Source: a virus (lineage: Duplodnaviria; Caudoviricetes). From it: a stretch of DNA of 54,619 bases. Below the pieces are notes generated by a model that saw only the letters and a program-made list of their open reading frames with translations, did no database searches and was not told the DNA's origin. The translations under genes were made by a program, and so were the position numbers. Shown here one piece after another: positions 48,001-54,619 of the stretch (the first letter of the stretch is position 1; the number at the start of each line of letters is the position of its first letter). Where the stretch lies: positions 1 to 54,619 of the IMG/VR virus record IMGVR_UViG_3300044634_004299; one strand, given 5' to 3'.

Positions 48001-49401
48001 TCAAATATTTTAACACTTAAAATAAAAAATCCTATAATTTTTGGTAAAAAAGATAAAAAAACTAATTTTTGGAATTATTCAAATAAAAGTGATTCTCAAG
48101 TTTTGGGTTTTTGTGAATTACAGAAAGATTTGTTTTTTATAAATCCTAAAAAAAATGATGATGAAAATAAAGAAACTGCAGATTTTTTAAACCCTATAGA
48201 ATTTAAAAATAAAAATAAATTATCTGTTTTCTCTTTTGAAAATAGTTTTTTATGTAGACAAAATGAGGTAGAATACCAAGGCTCTAATAAGGATATGTTA
48301 AAATTTGGTGATATAACACTAAAGGTAGAAAAACCAAAAGAATATGGTAGGTCTCATTTAAAAGTTGAATTAATTAAAGCTAAAATTAACTTAAATAAAA
48401 ATGAAGTATACCAAGAATGTTTTTACAATCTTTTAAAAAATGAACTAATATTAGAAAATAAATTTTTTACAAAATTTCTTATAAACACAAATTTTAAATC
48501 AATAAAAATATTAACAGCAACCGAATCAAGGTTACAGGACTATAAATTTTATAAAGATTTTATTGATTTAAAAAGAGTTATATATATTGAAAATAAAACA
48601 TCATTTAAGCACAATTTTAAAGCTTACAGGATGGATATAACAACTGGTGGTGCTAATACTAACGAAACATCTTATAACTGTGTTAAATCAATAGAAAAAG
48701 AGAAAAATTCAAAAAACTTACTTGTTATGGGAAATAAAGAAAATACTAAGAATAGGTTTGATAGTGGTAAAATACCTTTACCTAATAGCAGGTTTATAGA
48801 ATTAAACAAACACTATAAAAGGGGTTATGATGGTGATTTCTTCAACGACAACGGTATAAAAACAATCATATCTTATGTTAAACACTCTTCCCTTAGGGGT
48901 AATAACAATTTTGGAGAAATTAACAATGTAGTTCTTGCTTTTAGTTCATATGTTGGAGATTACAACCAAGATGGTTGTTTTGGTGACTTTAAAAGTATAT
49001 ATAATGGTAATCATGGTAAAATTCTAAAAGACTTGATAAAACAAGTATTCGGTAGACTTATGAGGGGTAATCCTGATAAAAAAATATATTATGAGTATGC
49101 TGTAAATAAAAAAGAAGAACCAACAGAATCTTCCATTTTATTAGAAAAATTAATAAAAGAGTATGATATAGAAATAGTTGATTTAGATTTGAAAGAATCA
49201 CTTAATTTTTTTAGTAATGTAAAATTAGACGATTTAGAAATAAAAAACGAATCACTTAAAAAATATGAAAAATACGAAAAAGAATTTTACGATGGAAAAG
49301 AGTTATTAAAGAAAATAAAAAAAAATCCAAGTAAAAAAAACAAAGATAATATAAAAAGTTTATATAATAGTTTAAGGAAAAAGTATAATGGTAGTATTTG
49401 A
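45040..49401 (+). CDS. fused family-B DNA polymerase / AEP primase / Zn finger / SF2 helicase
   Basis: Exo DIE, GYNNEGFD, YLKMD; pol DATSFYP, KLVLNSLYG, NTDG; primase LDFD, SSSGKGYH; CPHNH..CFAC; GTGKT, DEAD, TAT, QVFGRLMRG. Confidence 0.9.
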   Translation: MNKLFFDIEILSNDKLRLGLLDENGVFEILDFDNLYSFGQYLVTDFIYKYDKNILVGYNNEGFDNKLLQYSIMILDPNKAVYKRSPQFITDVLITANNNKKMEALKLQDEKYYKSVLFYKNSGELDKLYYNQLPFIDLMNFFKGGASKEGSLKFYTAKFLNKSYDDSQDFDSVEYLKMDLENTRDLYNLKKDDFEVIFTAYNLLNIDIRGSIKEPSLAGAYLNKNLIFNDNFKNKFKKDFENHPIFYDMINSVKKKEINYLGYNVEVNEGGIHFSKTNGFSYKKEENQDYYIYNIDATSFYPYTYIQNGIFEESSTKKIKEFLEKRKIAKKSGDKKTDSAYKLVLNSLYGKMFSRWDETKTTAHVTFYTQSAILSFIEKMNNDGFLDDLIDINTDGIIIKSRKKIEESVIEFTDPLTKLIYSFEVGEVDYLYYKDSNNYIVNFVGEDKTKYKGSWVENASCHSSINLIFFKNILDGILKESPIEEFKDIWFKGITKEKTSDKTATYHFDYVDFTRNEQFSFENPNIIQKTVLYGKDKDLPPKRFFKGYITDEEKLFVIESIKKDFFQKTSSVFYGAESDKKNSRAVIAKTNFVLCEKKYIKIFSESLSKNIFILDFDNKTDSIENIQNAIDSFKSFIKEKNILFEEEVSSSGKGYHIILSNYKKDLTEEEIKNKIKEIKTPECEIELRYNNGDGTTLSWDVSRLSKERRRFIHDLITTKEDVVIKTVAKQKTKKKEGKTLINDKHLSKIKKIVENSNLGYVYESIKDNTDLVFKCPHNHKKTNSKTEIYYSKEEDRYVANCFACNSNEEELTVLNKLRSVINTVIIEKVEEQYKLEEKAADCKFVIDKSDVGTGKTYAMCKDVKNLIESGEKCFIIGNKTTTSEMIRNQLLELGVMDGDIFICASPDNATDNWRNFVEVFEDKGYKIIIAIYSYFQLYYENTKQFKKYNNEAELTNYLSNYTLLAGLSNYCNNNSVNLFIDEADESLSNILTLKIKNPIIFGKKDKKTNFWNYSNKSDSQVLGFCELQKDLFFINPKKNDDENKETADFLNPIEFKNKNKLSVFSFENSFLCRQNEVEYQGSNKDMLKFGDITLKVEKPKEYGRSHLKVELIKAKINLNKNEVYQECFYNLLKNELILENKFFTKFLINTNFKSIKILTATESRLQDYKFYKDFIDLKRVIYIENKTSFKHNFKAYRMDITTGGANTNETSYNCVKSIEKEKNSKNLLVMGNKENTKNRFDSGKIPLPNSRFIELNKHYKRGYDGDFFNDNGIKTIISYVKHSSLRGNNNFGEINNVVLAFSSYVGDYNQDGCFGDFKSIYNGNHGKILKDLIKQVFGRLMRGNPDKKIYYEYAVNKKEEPTESSILLEKLIKEYDIEIVDLDLKESLNFFSNVKLDDLEIKNESLKKYEKYEKEFYDGKELLKKIKKNPSKKNKDNIKSLYNSLRKKYNGSI

Positions 49402-49840
49402 AAAGGAAAAAATAGGTGTTGAATACACCTTAGATTTCTTTAATAACTTAGAGGAATTTAAAAAAACTTTTAATAGAAAAGCATTTTATACTACTATGAT
49501 GTGTAATAAAACATCAGGTGAAATCATACCTACTATAAGTAAAATATGTGGTTTATACAATAGCAAAAAAGATAAACCACTTGTAATTTATTTAGATGGA
49601 ACAATAGAAGATTTTAAAAATTCAATTTTTAAAGTAACACCACAAACATTAAAATACATTGAAACAACACAAGCTTTAAAATGTAAATACATGCAAGGAT
49701 TAAATTATACTAGATTTAAAAAAAATAATTGTGTAAAATTTACTACAAGTTGGGATATCTTAATGTATAATTATTGTGATTCTCAAATTGATATAATTGA
49801 AAAAAAATATAATCAAAACTTTATAAAAATAGGAAAATAA
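49388..49840 (+). CDS. hypothetical protein
   Basis: overlaps the replicase stop; AAGGA RBS. Confidence 0.7.
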   Translation: MVVFEKEKIGVEYTLDFFNNLEEFKKTFNRKAFYTTMMCNKTSGEIIPTISKICGLYNSKKDKPLVIYLDGTIEDFKNSIFKVTPQTLKYIETTQALKCKYMQGLNYTRFKKNNCVKFTTSWDILMYNYCDSQIDIIEKKYNQNFIKIGK

Positions 49841-49844
49841 TAAA

Positions 49845-50609
49845 ATGGTTTTTTTTAAAAAAAATAATTACAACCTTGATAGAATTAGATGTTTCTGCAT
49901 TGAGGGAGACGACGGAGTAGGTAAAACAACATTTATAAAAAATATTATGAGAAATTCTGGTAACAGGAGATTCGCATACATCCACATGCCAAGTAACATA
50001 ACATACTTGGTTGATAAAGACTATGACCCATATTTAACACACTTTGATAATTTCTTAAAAAATATGAATAATTATAAAGATTTTACAACCACAATGAATC
50101 AGGAATGTCTATTACAGTCAGTAGCAGTAGGTTACAACATACTTACCACAATACTTACGACTAGCTATATAATCATACAGGACAGGGGTATTATAAGTAA
50201 TATTGTTTATAAAAATTACAAAAAAGTAAAAGATAGAATACATTATAGGAATATTGATAATAAGATTAGTCAAAGTTACGATTTTATAAAATACCATGTA
50301 ACTAACTTTGAAGATTTTATAGACAGAACCTTACATGTTATTCTAGATAGCAGGACTTTTAAAACAGACAAAGGGGATACTTTATTTTTAACTAATAAAA
50401 ACTTAATGAGATTCCATAAAAATTTCACAGTAAAAAAAGAAAGTGATAGAATTAAAAACGGTTATTTAGATTTCTTATACTATTACAAAAAGAATTCAAA
50501 AAAAGAATTTAACTTCACTAAAACAATTGTCGTTGGTAAATATTTCTACTATAATAAAAAAATGGATATAAATAAACTAAAGAAAGAATACCATAATCAA
50601 AATGTTTAA
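49845..50609 (+). CDS. thymidylate/dNMP kinase-like protein
   Basis: IEGDDGVGKTT and IIQDRGIISN. Confidence 0.8.
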   Translation: MVFFKKNNYNLDRIRCFCIEGDDGVGKTTFIKNIMRNSGNRRFAYIHMPSNITYLVDKDYDPYLTHFDNFLKNMNNYKDFTTTMNQECLLQSVAVGYNILTTILTTSYIIIQDRGIISNIVYKNYKKVKDRIHYRNIDNKISQSYDFIKYHVTNFEDFIDRTLHVILDSRTFKTDKGDTLFLTNKNLMRFHKNFTVKKESDRIKNGYLDFLYYYKKNSKKEFNFTKTIVVGKYFYYNKKMDINKLKKEYHNQNV

Positions 50610-50910
50610 GGATACTCCTGATTTTATTAGATTTAAGAAAGGTGACACTTCTTTAAACTTTAATTTTCTAGCAAAATTAGGTATAACAAGAAGTATAAAA
50701 AGAAGATTAATGTATATATCAAGTCAAAGAGTTTATGTAGTTATTATTTTGACAGATATTAAATCAATATACTTAAAAAAATCAAAAACAGGTGAAGCTT
50801 GCTATTATTTGTGTTCCCCAGCACAGGACGGAGAAAATATAGATATTGTTTTTAATTATATTTTAACTTATATTAAAGATACTAGTAAATACAATTATAT
50901 AATAATTTAG
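50602..50910 (+). CDS. hypothetical protein
   Basis: operonic ORF. Confidence 0.65.
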   Translation: MFKDTPDFIRFKKGDTSLNFNFLAKLGITRSIKRRLMYISSQRVYVVIILTDIKSIYLKKSKTGEACYYLCSPAQDGENIDIVFNYILTYIKDTSKYNYIII

Positions 50911-50931
50911 AAAATAGGAGAAATATTAGGT

Positions 50932-51327
50932 ATGGTAAAAGTTTTAATAAAAAACAGGATTTATAAAAATTATAGATGTTTAACATTTTTTGAGTATAAT
51001 TTTCAAGGTAAAAGTTTTGTAGTTCAAATTACAAAAAGAGTTAGAACTACAGCAGATAATGGACGACCTTTATATCCAATGAAACCAATAGATATTGTTT
51101 ATGAAGATAAAGAAGATATAAAAAATATATCAAAACTAACTCTTTGTTATTTAAAAGACAAAGACACTTATTTAATAAAAGTCCAATACGACGGTTACGA
51201 AATATCAATTTATTCAAATGAATTTGTTGAAAATAGTTTGAAACAAGGTAAAAAGTTACTATTTAAACATTATGAAAATGATATTGATAATACTATAGAT
51301 AAATACGATTTTGAATGTGAAATATAA
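50932..51327 (+). CDS. hypothetical protein
   Basis: AGGAG RBS. Confidence 0.7.
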   Translation: MVKVLIKNRIYKNYRCLTFFEYNFQGKSFVVQITKRVRTTADNGRPLYPMKPIDIVYEDKEDIKNISKLTLCYLKDKDTYLIKVQYDGYEISIYSNEFVENSLKQGKKLLFKHYENDIDNTIDKYDFECEI

Positions 51328-51355
51328 AACAAAATAAGTTAGGAGAAGAAATAAA

Positions 51356-51760
51356 ATGAATAAAAATATTAAATTTGAAAACAGGTTTATAGAACCTATA
51401 CAAAAAGGAACTCAAATTTACACAGTTAAAAAAAGTGTAAATTTCAATAAAGGAGAAATATTAAATTGTTTGGATAAAAGTGATAAACAATTTGGTAAAA
51501 TTGAAATTTTAGATATAGGTGAATTTGATAATTTCTTGTTTGCTGTTGATAATGCTGATATGACTTTTATGAAATTAAAAGATAAAAAAGATTTATCAAC
51601 AGGATATGATAGACAATATGCAACAAAAAAAGAGTTGGGTTTTATGAATAGGAATGCAATAGATTCGTATTTTAAAAATTATTTTGGTAAATATTATCTT
51701 CCAGATGGTGAGATAAATAATAGATTTGGTTATTTAATAAAATTTAAATACTTAGGTTAA
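51356..51760 (+). CDS. ASCH (PUA-like) domain protein
   Basis: IKF..RF.EPI.KG.Q..T(V)K, ELGF and terminal LIKF pattern. Confidence 0.7.
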   Translation: MNKNIKFENRFIEPIQKGTQIYTVKKSVNFNKGEILNCLDKSDKQFGKIEILDIGEFDNFLFAVDNADMTFMKLKDKKDLSTGYDRQYATKKELGFMNRNAIDSYFKNYFGKYYLPDGEINNRFGYLIKFKYLG

Positions 51761-51768
51761 TTAAAAGT

Positions 51769-51792
51769 GTGGTGATTCTTTAGAATCACCAC
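51769..51792. terminator. hairpin between convergent genes
   Basis: GTGGTGATTCT/AGAATCACCAC. Confidence 0.65.
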
Positions 51793-51800
51793 TAATTGTT

Positions 51801-52091
51801 TTATCTATTTATTTTTTTTATATCGTTTCCACTCAATGAAACTTTTACAATATTCATATTTTTAACATTTATTTTTTGTTTGGTTTGGAAGTCCATTCTT
51901 AAACCTCCTTTTAAAACTTTATTTTTAAAGTTTATAAAACTTTTTATTTCTATGTCTTGCCCTTTTTTGCAAGATTCCATTACGAAGTTTTTGAATTCTT
52001 CAATAACTGAAACTACATCTTTATATTGTAGATTAGTTTTTTTAGCAATGTATTTTGCTAAGTCTGTTCTATTTAAAATTTTTTTATCCAT
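51801..52091 (-). CDS. hup: HU/IHF-family DNA-binding protein
   Basis: LNRTDLAKYIAKKTNL..DV..VI..F...G.DIEI.SF..F...FQT pattern. Confidence 0.85.
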   Translation of the reverse strand: MDKKILNRTDLAKYIAKKTNLQYKDVVSVIEEFKNFVMESCKKGQDIEIKSFINFKNKVLKGGLRMDFQTKQKINVKNMNIVKVSLSGNDIKKINR

Positions 52092-52134
52092 TTGCTTTTC
52101 TCCTTGTTTGAGTTAAATATAATTACATATACAC

Positions 52135-53169
52135 TTAAAAATAAATTTTGTCAAATAACTTCCTAACCATTAAAGGTGGTATACTCTCACCTATCAATTC
52201 TCTAACAAAATGTTCTGTATAAATATCATTTACAACAATTTTATCAATAGGTATAGTATGTAATATCATCAATTCCAGCAAAGTTAAAACCCTAGCATCA
52301 CTATATAAACCATTCTCTAACAACCTACCATAATGGCAATTAGCACCAGAAGATATAGTAGTATTAGTAGTTGTTATAGTATGGTGTGGTTTATCAAAAT
52401 AAGTCCTTTTATAAGTGCTTCTAAAAGCTTTTATTCTTCTACCATTTGTTTTAGGGTAGAAATCCAAATTATCCATTGCACTTTTACCAGTTGGGGTATG
52501 TTTTATACACTCTATTAGTTGTTTGTTTGCTACATCTAGTGCTTTATGATATTTTATACCAGAATCACAACCAGCTTCTAAACTAGGTAAATGACCTATA
52601 GCTTCTCCAACAGTAACTATTTTTTCTTTGTTTGGCAATTCCCAACTCAAACCTTTTCTATAGATTCGGTAAAATAATCTTTTTCTTTTTTGTGGGACAC
52701 CATATTCACTACAATCCAAAACATCATACTCAACATTATACCCTAATTTATCAAATTCAGTTTTAAGGTGATTCGCTAAATCAACACCATTTATCATAAC
52801 CTTATTTATTTGCATTACATTTTCTATCAAAACATAATCAGGATAAACTATTTTACAATAGTCTATCACCCTTAGTGTTAAGAAATTTCTTTTATCTAAC
52901 ATGTCCCTCCTACCAATAAGACTAACACCTTGACAAGGTGGGGTAGCAATGAGAAATTTAACATCATTTCTAAGTGATTCTTTAACAACACTATCAAAAA
53001 TATCATTATCCAAGATATCACCACAAATCATATTATTTTCTGGATGGAGAACTTTATAATAATTAGACCTTTTACGAATCAGTTCGTTAGCAACAACAAT
53101 TTTTAACGAATCAGGTAGCATTAATTCTGCAATACCGCAATTAGAAAACAAACTACAACCATTAATCAT
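52135..53169 (-). CDS. C5-cytosine DNA methyltransferase
   Basis: SLFS.CG, PPCQGVS, IENV, PQKRKR, RVLTLLE, IGESIPP; start moved to 53169; recalls HgaI-type MTases (from memory, unverified). Confidence 0.93.
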   Translation of the reverse strand: MINGCSLFSNCGIAELMLPDSLKIVVANELIRKRSNYYKVLHPENNMICGDILDNDIFDSVVKESLRNDVKFLIATPPCQGVSLIGRRDMLDKRNFLTLRVIDYCKIVYPDYVLIENVMQINKVMINGVDLANHLKTEFDKLGYNVEYDVLDCSEYGVPQKRKRLFYRIYRKGLSWELPNKEKIVTVGEAIGHLPSLEAGCDSGIKYHKALDVANKQLIECIKHTPTGKSAMDNLDFYPKTNGRRIKAFRSTYKRTYFDKPHHTITTTNTTISSGANCHYGRLLENGLYSDARVLTLLELMILHTIPIDKIVVNDIYTEHFVRELIGESIPPLMVRKLFDKIYF

Positions 53170-53242
53170 TTTTTTATTCCTTTTTAAAAAATTATATTTT
53201 ATCATTATAACACAACTTAATTTTAAAAGGAGAATAGGAAAA

Positions 53243-53668
53243 ATGGATAAAGAAGATTGGGAAATAATACCTAAAGTTAAACCCGTAAAAACTAAAAAAG
53301 AAACTATAATAAGTCAATTATTATATAATGGAAATATAGATTCTTCCATAGAATATAAAAGGATTTTTGATTTATCAGGTGGTTATTTTTATTTTGATAT
53401 TGAATTGAAAAAATTACCACAACAAGCATACGGATTATTATTATGCTTATACGGTGATTCTATATATGATTTAAAAACAGAACATAAAAATACTTATAGT
53501 GGTAATTTTTTTTGTGAGGTAGATGTTATTAATGGTATAAAACATACTTTTATCAATTTTAATGTTAAACATTTAGGTAATTTCATAAAAACGAAAGCTG
53601 GTTTAGAGGTTGACGATGGTTCGTATGACTACGAAAAATTACTTATGGATGGTAAAATAAAAAAATAA
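53243..53668 (+). CDS. hypothetical protein
   Basis: AGGAGAATAGGAAAAATG leader. Confidence 0.75.
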   Translation: MDKEDWEIIPKVKPVKTKKETIISQLLYNGNIDSSIEYKRIFDLSGGYFYFDIELKKLPQQAYGLLLCLYGDSIYDLKTEHKNTYSGNFFCEVDVINGIKHTFINFNVKHLGNFIKTKAGLEVDDGSYDYEKLLMDGKIKK

Positions 53669-53794
53669 TTTATTGAATTGCATTTTTATTGTTGACAATA
53701 AAATAAATGTGTAATATATTATATTCATAAAGCAATAAAGCTTTATAAAACAATTTTATATATATAAATCAAAATTTACTAAAGGAGTTTAATA

Positions 53795-54418
53795 ATGATG
53801 CAAGATTTAATATCATTTAAAAAGGATAAAGAGTATTATTATATTACTTTATTTAACATAAAGAGTAATGTATTTAATACAACTCATTATTCTTGTTGGG
53901 ATAGTTTAGTAGTTAAATTAATTACTAATTATGAAAGTTTAAATAGCAGGCTTCAAGACTATACTAATGATAAAGCAGAAGCATATACATATAATAGGTT
54001 GTATCCTAAGTATGATGCGGTTGCAAAAACATTATCATTTAAGATAGTTAGAAGATTATCTAATGAGGGGTTAAAACAAAAATTAGATATGGAAGAATTA
54101 TCATTATCTCAAAAAATAACTCAAAAATTCGTTGATTTACAATTTTATAATAAGAGTTGTGATGATACTTGTTGTGATGATTATTGTAATCAAGATTCAT
54201 ATCATGATAAAAACGGGTGGTGTGAGGATAATAACCCAACTATTTTTTTACACGATGGAGCAGTCGCTAAATTTAACAAGGAAAAAGATAAATATCTTAA
54301 ATTGTTAGAATTTACTGATTTTGAAATATATGAATTAGATAATGATTCATATAGAAAAACATTAAATATTAAATTTAAAAGAAAAAATAAAGATACAATT
54401 AAAATTATTAAGGAATAA
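53795..54418 (+). CDS. hypothetical protein with a Cys/Asp-rich patch
   Basis: AAGGAG RBS; SCDDTCCDDYCNQDSYHDKNGWCED. Confidence 0.75.
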   Translation: MMQDLISFKKDKEYYYITLFNIKSNVFNTTHYSCWDSLVVKLITNYESLNSRLQDYTNDKAEAYTYNRLYPKYDAVAKTLSFKIVRRLSNEGLKQKLDMEELSLSQKITQKFVDLQFYNKSCDDTCCDDYCNQDSYHDKNGWCEDNNPTIFLHDGAVAKFNKEKDKYLKLLEFTDFEIYELDNDSYRKTLNIKFKRKNKDTIKIIKE

Positions 54419-54422
54419 AAAA

Positions 54423-54619
54423 ATGGATAACCTTAAATCTTTTTGGATATATGGGGATAATACTAAAAAAAGAATATTCCCAAAATGTAAAAAAAATGGA
54501 ATAGTTAATTATAATATGGGTTTTGAGTATCATAAATATACTTTAGAATCTTTAAGCAAGCAAATCAACGATATTATAAAGATAATTATATCTAACGGTT
54601 ATGAGGTAGATATTTATAA
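54423..54619 (+). CDS. ORF running off the window end
   Basis: AAGGA RBS, ATG at 54423, open to the last base. Confidence 0.65.
   Translation, partial: MDNLKSFWIYGDNTKKRIFPKCKKNGIVNYNMGFEYHKYTLESLSKQINDIIKIIISNGYEVDIY

Noticed and set aside
8138-52518. Short antisense ORFs in the track (8138, 10010, 11036, 11118, 12671, 15608, 22284, 25766, 28139, 28772, 29029, 32416, 36758, 37076, 38091, 46758, 51796, 52333)
   Set aside because: Shadows of real genes on the other strand, with F/L/I/S-rich composition
1-54619. Stop-codon reassignment
   Set aside because: Genes are intact and densely packed under code 11; TAG and TGA both end ORFs at gene junctions

Overview
Very AT-rich tailed-phage genome, probably complete or nearly so. 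It has an HK97-type head and a Mu-like contractile tail. No integrase, repressor or endolysin could be recognised. Layout: (1) ~2 kb non-coding control region with nested palindromes carrying two inverted DnaA boxes, a G-rich hairpin and copy A of a ~460-490 bp repeat; (2) early/accessory genes with many tandem paralogues, including two proteins built entirely of 29-aa repeats (2075-11846, +); (3) terminase genes on the - strand, divergent from the portal; (4) head, neck, tail and baseplate genes (14152-35632, +); (5) helicase, methylase and recombination genes (35629-44164, -); (6) inverted copy B of the long repeat, then one 1453-aa ORF fusing a B-family DNA polymerase, an AEP primase, a Zn finger and an SF2 helicase, followed by nucleotide kinase, ASCH, HU and C5-methylase genes. 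Most notable: the paired inverted iteron-rich repeats with the all-in-one replicase, the 29-aa repeat proteins with hypervariable positions, and several promoter-hairpin-terminator small-RNA-like units. All calls come from reading motifs by eye; no database search was run.
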